DNA of 64,000 nucleotides from Desulfobulbaceae bacterium DB1 (lineage in GTDB: Bacteria; Desulfobacterota; Desulfobulbia; Desulfobulbales; SURF-16): NCBI GenBank assembly GCA_001914235.1, contig MQUF01000014.1, positions 2,005 through 66,004 of the forward strand, in the 5' to 3' direction. Below are positions 1 to 9,575 of the stretch, in pieces. The notes beneath the pieces were generated by a model. It made no database searches and was not told the origin of the DNA. It saw only the letters and a program-made list of their open reading frames with translations. The number at the start of each line of letters is the position of its first letter. Within the stretch, counting starts at the first letter, position 1. The position numbers and the translations under genes were made by a program.

Positions 1-649
1 GGCCGACAATAACGTCGACCGCGGGGATGGTCTCGGTGCCGTAGGCCAGGGCACCGATGGCCCAGGCACTGCCCGCCTTGTAAATTTCCCGGATGCCGAT
101 TTCCTGCGCCGCCACCAGCAGGGCCGGATTGACCATGCCTTCCGCATTGGGCGGGGTGACCATGACCCGCTGCGTTACCCCGGCTATGGCTGCCGGGATG
201 CCGTTCATCAGCACGGAGGAAACCAGCGGGGTCTTGCCCCCCTGGCCGCCGGGAACATAGAGCCCGGCCGCTTCCACCGGCCGTACCAGGCGTCCGGTGA
301 TGGTGCCGTCGTCGCGGGTCATGATCCAGGATTGCTCCATCTCCCGCTGGTGAAAGTCGTGAATCCTTTCCTTGGCCAAACGGATGCTGGCCATGAGCTG
401 ATCATCCACATAATGATAGGCATCGGACAGTTCGGCTTCTTGTACCTGCAGCTGATCAACGGTCATGTTCGGCGCGTCGAATCGGCGGGTGTAGTCAAGC
501 AGCGCCTTGTCGCCTCCTTCATGAATTGCCTGCAGGATATCGCTCACCGCCTGGCGGCAGGAGGTATCCGCCAGCTGGAAACGGTAGGCCAGCCGGGCCA
601 GGCGCTCTTTTCCTTCCTTGGAGTTCGTGGTGTGGGGGGTAATGATCAT
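1..649 (-). CDS. hisD: histidinol dehydrogenase, N-terminal ~216 aa (gene runs off the window start)
   Basis: Own translation of the minus strand from ATG at 649: MIITPHTTNSKEGKERLARLAYRF...GLYVPGGQGGKTPLVSSVLMNGIPAAIAGV...KAGSAWAIGALAYGTETIPAVDVIVG. The YVPGG..PL.S.VLMN.IPA..AGV block is HisD-like. Absent from the ORF track because it is edge-truncated. Confidence 0.85.
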   Translation of the reverse strand, partial: MIITPHTTNSKEGKERLARLAYRFQLADTSCRQAVSDILQAIHEGGDKALLDYTRRFDAPNMTVDQLQVQEAELSDAYHYVDDQLMASIRLAKERIHDFHQREMEQSWIMTRDDGTITGRLVRPVEAAGLYVPGGQGGKTPLVSSVLMNGIPAAIAGVTQRVMVTPPNAEGMVNPALLVAAQEIGIREIYKAGSAWAIGALAYGTETIPAVDVIVG

Positions 650-725
650 TTTTGTTCCTCAAATAAATGCTTCACATTGAAGAATTCAGGAGTCCGAATC
701 CGGACTCGCGTGATTTCCATACAAT

Positions 726-2447
726 CTATTCTTCTTTAAATACCGGGCAGTTGGTTTGCAATGAATAATTTTTATACGCCGGATCGCTGTATTGCTTATG
801 GCACTCGAGGCACACCCCTATACGCAGGATGCGGGCCAGTTCCTCCTTATTGAAGGGTCGCAGGTCGGCTCTGGAGGATTTCTGCAGCGGTGTGCCGTCG
901 ATTGCGACAAAGGCGTCGAGCGGTGGCGTCTTGCCCGCTTCGGTGACCAGCCCCTGATCGGTGGGGCTGAAACGCCATTGGCCGTTTTCCTTCCAGACCG
1001 TGCCTTCGCCCAGCCCCATCACCTTGGTGGACAGATGGCATTCCGCGCAGCCCCTGCCCTTGACTTGGGTGGTATGGGGGTTGATGGCGGCCATGGTGAG
1101 GCTGTTGAACCGGCCGGCCGGGTCTCCCTTTTCATCGATCAGGCTGACGATGTCCTGGCAGCCGGGGGTGACGATGACCACTTCATCATCCCAGACGGCC
1201 AGCATGGGCCGTTCGTAACGGAGATAGGAACGGCCCTCGATCCACCAGCCCGGGGTTTGCGTCAGGGTGAGTTTGTCAAGATCGGTTTCACCCTTGTCCT
1301 GTTTGACATGGCAGCCGTAGCATTGCGGCACCCAGCCGGAATGGCAGGCCTCGCAGCCCACCCGTTTATGGCCGGCAAAATCGCACACCCCGGCCTTGGG
1401 GGGATGGAGGGGGTGTTTCTTGTCCGTGAGCTTGGCGGTCATCAGCCAGCCTTCATCGCCATGGCTGATGTTGGTCAGTTTGTCGCCTTTTTTGGTGAGT
1501 CCGACTTCCGTTGGTTCTCCGTTCGTGCCGGTTGGAACATGACAGGTTTTGCAAGTGATTTCAAGCTGGTTTTCGTAGTGGGCATAGCTGGTGCCGTCAC
1601 CCATGATTTCGTTTCTGGTGTGGCAGTCAATGCAGGCCATGCCCTTCTGGTGATGGATGTCGGCCGGAAGGGAGAGATAGAATCTGTCGCCGGGCAATGT
1701 TTTTTCCGACATGCCGCCGTCCGTATAGGGAGTGCCGTAGTTCTCGGATTCATACACACCGGTATAGGAGATGCCGATGCGGCCGCTGCGGTTGTGACAG
1801 CGGACACAGTTGGCCACCGGCACCTTTTTGACGATCAGCGGATGCACCTTCTTGGCGGCCTCAGGGCTCAAGTTTTCATCCTTGATAAAATGGCAGGCGG
1901 TGCAGCCGCCGCCCTTTTCCCCGAAAAATCCGGGAAGATCATTTTTCTGCTTCCAGAGATGACAGGTGCCGCACAATTTGCGGTAATAATCAAGGGCAAG
2001 GGAGGTTTCGCCGCTTTCCAGCAGTTTTTCCACCGAATAATCGCCGTTTTGATCCGGCGCCTCGCCCCAGTAGTAGAGCAGGGTGGCGAGAATGCCGCGA
2101 TTGGTGGCCATCAGGGAGTTTTTCACCTTTTTCACGTCAGGCGCATGGCAGCCTTCAATGCCGCAGGTTTTTTCCACCACCCGGAGGTCGCCCGGGTTCT
2201 TGACAATGCCCTGATGGGCCTTGTCCTTGTCAATGGCCAGGGTATCGCCGAGATGGCAGGGGGAACAGCCCACCACCAGCCGGTCATGGGCCGGATCCAG
2301 TTTTTCCGTTTTGTGGCAGCTCAGGCACATCTCCACGTGGCCCGCGCTGGTCTGGTAAAGGCGGTCGGGCCTGTTGGTCAGGTTTTCCCGGACAACCAGG
2401 AAAAGGACGCAGAGCAGGATGAAAAGCAGGGCAAGGCGAGGCGACAT
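726..2447 (-). CDS. multihaem cytochrome c (11 CxxCH plus one CxxxxCH), N-terminal signal/anchor
   Basis: 573-aa ORF. Haem motifs: CLSCH, CSPCH, CGIEGCH, CGTCH, CTACH, CVRCH, CIDCH, CKTCH, CEACH, CYGCH, CAECH, CLECH. Hydrophobic N-terminus MSPRLALLFILLCVLFLVV. ATG at 2447 lies 1 nt after the nadE stop. Confidence 0.9.
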   Translation of the reverse strand: MSPRLALLFILLCVLFLVVRENLTNRPDRLYQTSAGHVEMCLSCHKTEKLDPAHDRLVVGCSPCHLGDTLAIDKDKAHQGIVKNPGDLRVVEKTCGIEGCHAPDVKKVKNSLMATNRGILATLLYYWGEAPDQNGDYSVEKLLESGETSLALDYYRKLCGTCHLWKQKNDLPGFFGEKGGGCTACHFIKDENLSPEAAKKVHPLIVKKVPVANCVRCHNRSGRIGISYTGVYESENYGTPYTDGGMSEKTLPGDRFYLSLPADIHHQKGMACIDCHTRNEIMGDGTSYAHYENQLEITCKTCHVPTGTNGEPTEVGLTKKGDKLTNISHGDEGWLMTAKLTDKKHPLHPPKAGVCDFAGHKRVGCEACHSGWVPQCYGCHVKQDKGETDLDKLTLTQTPGWWIEGRSYLRYERPMLAVWDDEVVIVTPGCQDIVSLIDEKGDPAGRFNSLTMAAINPHTTQVKGRGCAECHLSTKVMGLGEGTVWKENGQWRFSPTDQGLVTEAGKTPPLDAFVAIDGTPLQKSSRADLRPFNKEELARILRIGVCLECHKQYSDPAYKNYSLQTNCPVFKEE

Positions 2448-2448
2448 C

Positions 2449-4086
2449 TTATTCCTTGAAATTCTGGGCCACCGGATAGCGGCGGCCGAAGCCGAAGGCC
2501 TTGGAGGTGATTTTCAGCCCCATGGCGGCCTGATGGCGTTTGTATTCATTGCGCTTGATGCGGCGTACGGTATCCGCAACGATTGAACGGGCAAAGCCCT
2601 GGGCGGCGATTTCCTCAATGGAGCGATGCTCCTCCAGATAGGCCTTGAGGATGGGGTCGAGCACCTCGTAGGGGGGCAGGTCGTCCTGGTCTGTCTGGTT
2701 CGGCGCCAGTTCCGCGCTGGGTGCGCGGCTGATGGTGCGCGGCGGAATGATTTCCCGCTCGCGATTGACGAAACGGGACAGCTCATACACCAGCTGCTTG
2801 GGCACATCGGCAAGCAGCGACAGGGCGCCTGCCATGTCGCCGTACAGGGTGCAGTAGCCCACCGCCATCTCCGATTTGTTGCCGGTGGAAAGCAGCAGGG
2901 CGCCGAACTTGTTGGCCATGGCCATCAGCAGGGTGCCCCGGATACGGGCCTGGATGTTCTGTTCGGTCACGTCTTCGGCGCGTCCGGCAAAAAGAGGGGA
3001 AAGGCTGCGGCGCAAAGAATCAAACGGATCGGTTATGGGGATGATTTCAAAACGGATGCCGAGGTTCAGCGCCAGCTGTTGTGCATCCTCGATGCTTGCC
3101 TCGGAGGTATAGGGCGAGGGCAGCGCCACCCCCATGACGTTTTCGCGGCCCAGGGCCTCGGTTGCAACGGCGCAGGTCAGGGCTGAATCGATGCCGCCGC
3201 TTAAGCCGAGCAGCACCCGGCTGAAGCCGCATTTTCTGATGTAATCCCGGCACCCCATGGCCAGGGCCTGAAAGACCAGGGCTGTCTCGTCGGGCAGCGC
3301 AGGCTCCGTACCGCTTGTAATCGCCTCACTGTCAATGATGAGCAGCTCTTCCTGAAACGCCGCCGCCTGGCGGCAGAGCCGGCCGTTTTCGTCCAGCACC
3401 AGGCTTGCGCCGTCAAAAAGAACCGAATCCTGGCCGCCCACCTGGTTGACATAAAGCAACGGCACGCGGTGTTTGCGGCAGAGCCGGGAAAAAAGGGAAA
3501 GCCTCAGCTGCTGCTTGCCCATGGTGAAGGGCGAAGCGGCGATGTTGATCAGCAGATCCATGCCCGCATTTTTAAGATCCGCCACCGGGTTTACCTGATA
3601 AAGCGGGTGGGGGAAACCGTCCTCGTCGTTGAAAATGTCCTCGCAGATGGTGAGGCCGAGGCGCAGGCCTTTATAGAAAAAGGGGATGCCGGCCGCGCCT
3701 GGTTCAAAATAGCGGGATTCGTCAAAAACATCATAGGTGGGCAGCAGTCTTTTGTGCGCGACGAAAAGAAGGCGGCCGTCCTCGAAAAGCAGGGCGCTGT
3801 TGTGCAGCGGTTTTCCGGTTGCCCCGGTGTGGCGGGTGATGGCGCCGCAGATCACCCCGATGCCGTGGGTTTGGCCAATGAGACGCTCAAGTGCCTGATC
3901 CTGCCTGGCAAGAAAGGCCTCGTGTTCCAGATAGTCCTGGGGCGGATAGCCGCTGACCGCCAGTTCAGGCAGAACGGCGAGTGCGCAGCCGGCACGCTGG
4001 GCCTGCGTGATATACTGGAGGATCCGGGCGGTGTTGGCCTCGAAATCTCCGATAACGGGATTTGCTTGGATCATGGCGATTTTCAT
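2449..4086 (-). CDS. nadE: glutamine-dependent NAD+ synthetase (N-terminal CN-hydrolase domain + NAD synthase domain)
   Basis: 545 aa. N-terminal nitrilase-like domain (LAVLPELAVSGYPPQD, ICEDIF). C-terminal PP-loop LGLSGGIDSAL and the NAD synthase C-terminus. Confidence 0.9.
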   Translation of the reverse strand: MKIAMIQANPVIGDFEANTARILQYITQAQRAGCALAVLPELAVSGYPPQDYLEHEAFLARQDQALERLIGQTHGIGVICGAITRHTGATGKPLHNSALLFEDGRLLFVAHKRLLPTYDVFDESRYFEPGAAGIPFFYKGLRLGLTICEDIFNDEDGFPHPLYQVNPVADLKNAGMDLLINIAASPFTMGKQQLRLSLFSRLCRKHRVPLLYVNQVGGQDSVLFDGASLVLDENGRLCRQAAAFQEELLIIDSEAITSGTEPALPDETALVFQALAMGCRDYIRKCGFSRVLLGLSGGIDSALTCAVATEALGRENVMGVALPSPYTSEASIEDAQQLALNLGIRFEIIPITDPFDSLRRSLSPLFAGRAEDVTEQNIQARIRGTLLMAMANKFGALLLSTGNKSEMAVGYCTLYGDMAGALSLLADVPKQLVYELSRFVNREREIIPPRTISRAPSAELAPNQTDQDDLPPYEVLDPILKAYLEEHRSIEEIAAQGFARSIVADTVRRIKRNEYKRHQAAMGLKITSKAFGFGRRYPVAQNFKE

Positions 4087-4299
4087 GGCTGCTATTTATA
4101 GCATAATACGCAGGTGCCTGCCGCATCATTTTTTTACCGCCAAGCCACGTGGCGATGAGTTCGGCGGCAGGCCCGTCCAAGAAGGGTGAGGGCGCGCATG
4201 CGCATCGGCGTTTTCAGTTGCCGGATAATTCATGCCTTCCATCACTCCGATGCAGCCCAGCGGCAAGTTTTGCTTGCGGAATCAGGCGGTTTCGTACTA

Positions 4300-5885
4300 A
4301 TCTTGATGAACGTATATCCAACCCACTAACCCCCATCCCCGTGGACGGGAACAACGAAGCATGAAACTTTGAGAAAAATAGGCCATAGTTATTCCCTAAA
4401 TTTTCCATCACGAAAACAAAAGGAGGATAACCATGGCCAGGAAGGGAAAAGATACCAGATTACTATCAGTCATACACCCAATTTGTTGTGGACTTGATGT
4501 TCACAAAGGGAAAATTTCAGCCTGCTTGATCACAATGGACCAAACAGGCAAAGAAGCATACGAAATACGCGAGTATGGCACATTCACCGATGAACTTATC
4601 GAGTTACGGGAGTGGTTGATAGATAGCCACTGTCCCATTGTTGCCATGGAAAGCACAGGAGTATACTGGCGTCCGGTTCATAATATAATTGAAGGGTACC
4701 TGGAAGTCATTCTTGTCAATGCTCGTCATGTAAAAAATGTACCAGGCCGCAAGACCGACATTGAAGATAGCCGCTGGCTTGCTGGTTTACTCAGGGTAGG
4801 ACTTGTCCGTGGCAGCTTTATTCCCGAGAAGTCAGTTCGCCATTGGCGGGAATTGGGTCGGAGCAGGAAGAAATACAGTCAAAGTCTCGGAGACCACAAA
4901 AGACGTGTTCATAAGGTTTTCGAGACGGCCAATATCAAGATCGACAGTGTTGTATCAGATCTTTTTGGAGTAACGGGTCGGAATCTGATAGAGCTTCTCT
5001 GTGCCGCGGAATCACCAATCGGCCTTGAGCAAATAGAACAATGCACCAAGGGCAGTTTGAAGTCGAAAGTAAAAGAGTTGTATCGAAGCATACAGGGCTT
5101 TTTTGAAGATCACCATCGTTTCTTGCTGATGAGTTTGATGAGGATGATCACAATCATCGAGACGGAAATAGCCATCATCACAGAACGGATGCAGGCAATG
5201 ATGTCCAGCCATGATGACATAATCAGCCGTCTTGATGTTGTTCCGGGGATAAATGAAGTTTCTGCTCAATATGTCCTCGGTGAACTTGGACCAACCCTGC
5301 AAGAGTTTTCCTCCTCAGGGGCACTGGCGTCCTGGTCAGGATTATGCCCGGGGAACAATGAAAGTGCAGGCAAAAGGCGTAGCGGGAAGTCGCCTGTTCG
5401 CAAGCATGTTTTCAAGACTGTCATGGTGGAGATAGCCTGGGCGGCGGTAAAAACAAAAGGGACGTATTACCGAGACAAATATTACCGGATTCGAGCCCGA
5501 TTAGGTCCACGAAAAGCCATTGTGGCAATAGCCCATCGGATACTGAAGGCCATTTACGCAATTATCAAGAATGGTGAGGAATATAAAGAGCTTGGAGAGG
5601 ATTATCTTTCCAGGAAGAATGCCGAGAACAAGATAACCATATTGAAAAGAAAGGCAAAAGAATTGGGTTATGAACTGGTGCCCATTGCGGCATCATAAGG
5701 GTAATAAGACCTGCGAAGAAATAAATTACGTCAGCAGAGGTCGATTGTTAACTGAAGCCATTGAGCGCGGCACTAACATGACCGACAGCCATCTGTACAA
5801 CGAATTGTCAGTCCGTATTACGGAACTACGAATATAAAAATTATCTGCCAGAGGCTGATTCTGACACAATTAAAAAAAAAAGGAC
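4300..5885 (+). mobile_element. IS110-family insertion sequence (boundaries approximate)
   Basis: Single transposase ORF flanked by lower-GC non-coding DNA, in the divergent nadE/phoH2 intergenic region. No terminal inverted repeats seen, which is typical for IS110. Ends guessed from the composition change near 4290-4330 and an A10 run at 5872-5881. Confidence 0.45.
4433..5698 (+). CDS. IS110-family transposase/recombinase (DEDD RuvC-like N-domain + C-terminal Tnp domain)
   Basis: 421 aa. CGLDVHKGKISACL and VAMESTGVYWRPV match the DEDD N-domain. VPGINEVSAQYVLGELG and WSGLCPGNNESAGKRRSGK match the C-terminal IS116/IS110/IS902 domain. AAGGAGG RBS 6 nt upstream. Confidence 0.9.
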   Translation: MARKGKDTRLLSVIHPICCGLDVHKGKISACLITMDQTGKEAYEIREYGTFTDELIELREWLIDSHCPIVAMESTGVYWRPVHNIIEGYLEVILVNARHVKNVPGRKTDIEDSRWLAGLLRVGLVRGSFIPEKSVRHWRELGRSRKKYSQSLGDHKRRVHKVFETANIKIDSVVSDLFGVTGRNLIELLCAAESPIGLEQIEQCTKGSLKSKVKELYRSIQGFFEDHHRFLLMSLMRMITIIETEIAIITERMQAMMSSHDDIISRLDVVPGINEVSAQYVLGELGPTLQEFSSSGALASWSGLCPGNNESAGKRRSGKSPVRKHVFKTVMVEIAWAAVKTKGTYYRDKYYRIRARLGPRKAIVAIAHRILKAIYAIIKNGEEYKELGEDYLSRKNAENKITILKRKAKELGYELVPIAAS

Positions 5886-5945
5886 TTTGTTGCCCCCCAA
5901 ACTGAGAGTTTCATATAAATACTTAGACCAGACGAGAACCGTTCA

Positions 5946-7268
5946 ATGCGAAAATATTTTGTCCTTGATACCAACGTGTTGCTGCACAACGCCGACTCAA
6001 TCAGCTCTTTCACCGACAATTATGTCGTGTTGCCCATGTCGGTTATCGAGGAACTCGACAAGTTCAAATCCCGCAGCGACGAACTTGGCCGCAATGCCCG
6101 CAAGGTCATCAGGGAACTGGACCATCTTCGCGTCCGCGGCAAACTGGCCGAAGGCGTGGAAATGGAAAACGGCGGCATTTTGAAGATATACCCCGAGGGC
6201 GCGGAAATTTCCTGCTGCCCCGGACTGGACATGAAGGTGCCGGACAACCGAATCCTGGCGGTGGCCTATACCATCTTCAAGAAAGGGGGAAAGGTCATTT
6301 TTGTTTCCAAGGATATCAATGCCCGCTTGAAGGCGGATGCATTGGGTCTTGAGGTCATGGACTTTGAAAAGCAGAAGGTCAATTTTGACGAGCTTTTTTC
6401 CGGTTACCGCGAGCTGCAGGTGCCCGCTGATATTATCAATGTCTTTTATGACAAGCGCGAGGTGGAAACCGAGGGGCTTGATCTCGTGGCCAATGAGTTC
6501 ATTCTGCTGCAGGACGAGGCGGATCCCAAGCATACCGCCTTGGCCAGGGCAATCAATGCAACCAGGCTGGTTCGGCTGAATCCTCAATATGACACTGCCT
6601 GGCAGATTCGTTCCCGCAGCAAGGAACAGCGCATGTGTCTGGAACTTTTGCTCGATCCGAGTGTCCAGATTGTAACGCTTGTCGGCCAGGCGGGAACCGG
6701 CAAGACCCTGCTGGCCCTGGCTGCCGCACTTGAAGAGGTGCTGATCAACAAGCGTTATGAAAAGATCCTCGTTTCCCGGCCGATCATTCCCCTGGGCAAG
6801 GATCTGGGTTACATGCCGGGGGATAAGGACGAGAAGCTTGCCCACTGGATGCAGCCTATTTTTGACAATCTCACTTTTCTCATGGGTGTGGGGCAGGGGC
6901 CGAAAAACAAGGAAAATGACGACTCTTCCCGGCAGAAGATGGAAAAACTGCTGAAAGATCATGTGGTGGAACTGGAGGCGCTGACCTATATCCGCGGCCG
7001 CTCCATTTCCGGCCAGTTCGTCATTGTCGATGAGGCCCAGAATCTGACTCCCCATGAGGTCAAGACCATTGTCAGCCGGGCGGGTGAGGGGACGAAGATG
7101 GTGCTGACCGGCGATCCGTACCAGATCGACAACCCGTATCTTGATTCCAGCAGTAACGGCTTGACCTACACGGTGGAGCGGTTGAAAGAACTGCCGATTC
7201 ACGGCCATATCACCCTGCGCAAAAGTGAGCGAAGTCAGCTGGCCGGGGTGGCGGCCGATTATCTGTAA
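5946..7268 (+). CDS. PhoH2-type protein (N-terminal PIN domain fused to PhoH-like ATPase)
   Basis: 440 aa. PIN-like N-terminus YFVLDTNVLLHN. Walker A GQAGTGKT. PhoH block FVIVDEAQNLTPHEVKTIVSRAGEGTKMVLTGDPYQID. Confidence 0.85.
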   Translation: MRKYFVLDTNVLLHNADSISSFTDNYVVLPMSVIEELDKFKSRSDELGRNARKVIRELDHLRVRGKLAEGVEMENGGILKIYPEGAEISCCPGLDMKVPDNRILAVAYTIFKKGGKVIFVSKDINARLKADALGLEVMDFEKQKVNFDELFSGYRELQVPADIINVFYDKREVETEGLDLVANEFILLQDEADPKHTALARAINATRLVRLNPQYDTAWQIRSRSKEQRMCLELLLDPSVQIVTLVGQAGTGKTLLALAAALEEVLINKRYEKILVSRPIIPLGKDLGYMPGDKDEKLAHWMQPIFDNLTFLMGVGQGPKNKENDDSSRQKMEKLLKDHVVELEALTYIRGRSISGQFVIVDEAQNLTPHEVKTIVSRAGEGTKMVLTGDPYQIDNPYLDSSSNGLTYTVERLKELPIHGHITLRKSERSQLAGVAADYL

Positions 7269-7298
7269 GCCGTTACATAAAAAACAAAGGACGGAAAT

Positions 7299-8363
7299 AT
7301 GAAATTTGAACCAAAGTGGATTGCCTGGGAAATCACCCGACGCTGTAATTTGAAATGTGTCCATTGCCGGTCGTCGTCACAGCTCGAGGTGATGGGCCAT
7401 CCGGATTTTTCTTTTGAAGAGGCCACCCGGTTGCTTGACGATATCGCTTCCTATGCCAATCCGGTGATGGTGCTTTCCGGAGGGGAACCGCTGTTGCGCC
7501 GCGATGTCTTTGAAATCGCCGAATACGGCACCGGCAAAGGCCTGCGCATGTGTCTCGCCACCAACGGCACCCTGGTGACCGAGGAGATCTGCGGTAAAAT
7601 CAAGAAGGCCGGCATCAAGATGGTTTCCCTCAGCCTCGATGGTGCCAGTCCCGAGGTGCATGACAATTTCCGCAACCAGGAAGGGGCCTTTGCCGGAACG
7701 CTCAATGCCGCCGCCCTTTTTAAAAAACATGATATCTCCTTTCTCATCAACTCGTCCTTCACCAAGCGCAATCAGCAGGAGATTCCGAAGATCTACAAGC
7801 TGGCCAAGGAACTGGGCGCCACCGCCTGGTACATGTTCATGATCGTGCCCACCGGCCGGGGCGAGGATATCATGGAAGAGCTGGTTTCCATGGAGGATTA
7901 TGAAAACGTCCTTGAGTGGCATTATGACATGGAAAGGGAGGAAGACGATATCCTCGTGCGTCCCACCTGTGCGCCCAGTTACTATCGCATCGTCCTGCAG
8001 AAGAAAAAGGAAACCGGCGATGATTTCCAGCGGCGCAGCCTGAAGTTTTCCACCGGCGGCTCCAAGGGCTGTCTGGCCGGACAGCTCATCTGTCTGATCG
8101 ACGTGGACGGCAATGTGCTGCCTTGCAGTTATTTCCCCAAAAGCGCCGGCAATATCCGGGAGCAGACCTTCAAGGACATCTGGGAAAACTCGAAACTGTT
8201 TCATGACATGCGCGATTTCAAGTCATACAAGGGCCGTTGCGGTGCCTGCGAGTACGTCAATGTCTGCGGCGGCTGCCGTGCCAGGGCCTACGCCATGCAC
8301 GGCGATTATATGGCGGAAGAGCCTTTCTGCTCGTATGTCCCGGCGAAACTGAAAAAAAATTGA
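7299..8363 (+). CDS. radical SAM/SPASM protein, AhbD/NirJ-like (putative anaerobic haem-pathway decarboxylase)
   Basis: 354 aa. CNLKCVHC radical-SAM cluster motif near the N-terminus. C-terminal Cys-rich SPASM region [18 protein letters not shown]. Lies directly upstream of hemE and hemH. Confidence 0.6.
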   Translation: MKFEPKWIAWEITRRCNLKCVHCRSSSQLEVMGHPDFSFEEATRLLDDIASYANPVMVLSGGEPLLRRDVFEIAEYGTGKGLRMCLATNGTLVTEEICGKIKKAGIKMVSLSLDGASPEVHDNFRNQEGAFAGTLNAAALFKKHDISFLINSSFTKRNQQEIPKIYKLAKELGATAWYMFMIVPTGRGEDIMEELVSMEDYENVLEWHYDMEREEDDILVRPTCAPSYYRIVLQKKKETGDDFQRRSLKFSTGGSKGCLAGQLICLIDVDGNVLPCSYFPKSAGNIREQTFKDIWENSKLFHDMRDFKSYKGRCGACEYVNVCGGCRARAYAMHGDYMAEEPFCSYVPAKLKKN

Positions 8364-8390
8364 TAGTGAATCAACCATCCACCAAACAAT

Positions 8391-8508
8391 GACGGACTCG
8401 TAAAAAACGAGAAATTTACCACGGAGCACACAGAGATAACTCCATGTAATAAAAAAATATTTCTCTGTGATCTCTGTGGTAAAAAAAATGATTTTTTACG
8501 AAACCGTC
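8391..8508. repeat. 118-bp imperfect palindrome carrying four CACAGAG/CTCTGTG heptamers
   Basis: Left arm gacggactcgtaaaaaacgagaaatttaccacggagcacacagagataa. Reverse complement of the right arm gacggtttcgtaaaaaatcattttttttaccacagagatcacagagaa. About 36 of 48 positions pair. Heptamers at 8420-8426, 8429-8435, 8463-8469 and 8472-8478. Confidence 0.7.
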
Positions 8509-8528
8509 AACAATGTAAGGAAGAACGA

Positions 8529-9557
8529 ATGAACACGAATTTTCTCAAGGCATGCAGAGGAGAAGAGGTCAGCCACACCCCCATCTGGATTATGCGGCAG
8601 GCGGGTCGTTATCTGCCCGATTATCACAAGGTGCGGGGCAAGGTGAGCTTTCTTGAGCTGTGCAAAACACCTGAACTGGCCGCCGAGGTCACCCTGCAGC
8701 CGGTTGATATCCTGGGCGTGGACGCAGCAATCCTCTTTTCCGATATTCTCGTCACCCTGGATGCCATGGGCATGCCGCTTGAGTTCAGGGAAAAGCAGGG
8801 GCCGGTGCTGCCCAAACCCATCCGCAGTAAAAAAGACGTGGATAAACTCATTGTCCCTGATCCGGATGAAAAACTGGGCTATGTCATGGACACCATCCGG
8901 ATTCTGCGCAAGGAACTGGCCCAGAAGGTGCCGCTGATCGGTTTTTGCGGCGCGCCGTTTACCCTGGCGACCTATATGGTGGAGGGCGGTTCGTCGAAAA
9001 GCTTTTTTTATACGAAAAAAATGATGTATTCAGCGCCGGAACTGTATAAGGCCATGGTGGATAAAGTGACGGAATCCATTATCACCTATCTGCAGGCCCA
9101 GGTGAAGGCCGGGGCCCAGGCCCTGCAGGTGTTTGATTCCTGGGCCGGGGCCCTGGCGCCCTGCGATTTCGAGGAATTCGCCCTGCCCTATGTGCAGCGG
9201 ATCATCACCGCCCTCAAGCCTGCCGGGGTGCCGATCATCTATTTTGCCAACAACGGCGCCACGCTGCTTGCCATGAGCAAAACCAGCGGCGCGGACGTCA
9301 TTGGTCTTGACTGGCGGGTGGATATCGCCGATGCGGTCAAGGTTTTCGGCCCGGATATCGCGGTGCAGGGCAACCTGGATCCCTGCGCCCTGCTGCTGCC
9401 CGAGGACAAGCTGGAAAAACGGATTGCCCGTATCCTGGAAGGTGGCAAAGGGGCCAAGGGTCATATCTTCAATCTCGGCCACGGCATCCTTCCCGAGACG
9501 CCGCCGGAAAAGGCCAAGTTCGTCGTTGATGCCGTTCACCGGCTGTCGGCGCGATGA
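8529..9557 (+). CDS. hemE: uroporphyrinogen decarboxylase
   Basis: 342 aa. N-terminus TPIWIMRQAGRYLPDY is the classic HemE motif. Good RBS (aaggaag). Confidence 0.92.
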   Translation: MNTNFLKACRGEEVSHTPIWIMRQAGRYLPDYHKVRGKVSFLELCKTPELAAEVTLQPVDILGVDAAILFSDILVTLDAMGMPLEFREKQGPVLPKPIRSKKDVDKLIVPDPDEKLGYVMDTIRILRKELAQKVPLIGFCGAPFTLATYMVEGGSSKSFFYTKKMMYSAPELYKAMVDKVTESIITYLQAQVKAGAQALQVFDSWAGALAPCDFEEFALPYVQRIITALKPAGVPIIYFANNGATLLAMSKTSGADVIGLDWRVDIADAVKVFGPDIAVQGNLDPCALLLPEDKLEKRIARILEGGKGAKGHIFNLGHGILPETPPEKAKFVVDAVHRLSAR

Positions 9558-9575
9558 AAAGGAAGTCGCGACACC

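Noticed and set aside
792-2459. 555-aa plus-strand ORF opposite the multihaem cytochrome gene
   Set aside because: Gly/Ala/Arg-rich shadow ORF typical of the antisense frame of a GC-rich gene. It has no motifs, whereas the minus-strand frame has 12 haem-binding sites.
5872-5881. A10 run considered as a precise right end or target-site marker of the IS110 element
   Set aside because: There is no matching feature at the left side and no second copy for comparison. It is used only as a rough boundary guess.
5997-7364. 455-aa minus-strand ORF opposite phoH2. Similar long antisense ORFs lie at 9030-10037, 20737-21759, 26928-27977, 34062-35030, 50017-51132 and 57995-58747.
   Set aside because: Each lies antisense to a gene with clear family motifs. 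All have low-complexity, stop-poor composition without recognisable domains, so they are treated as non-coding shadows.
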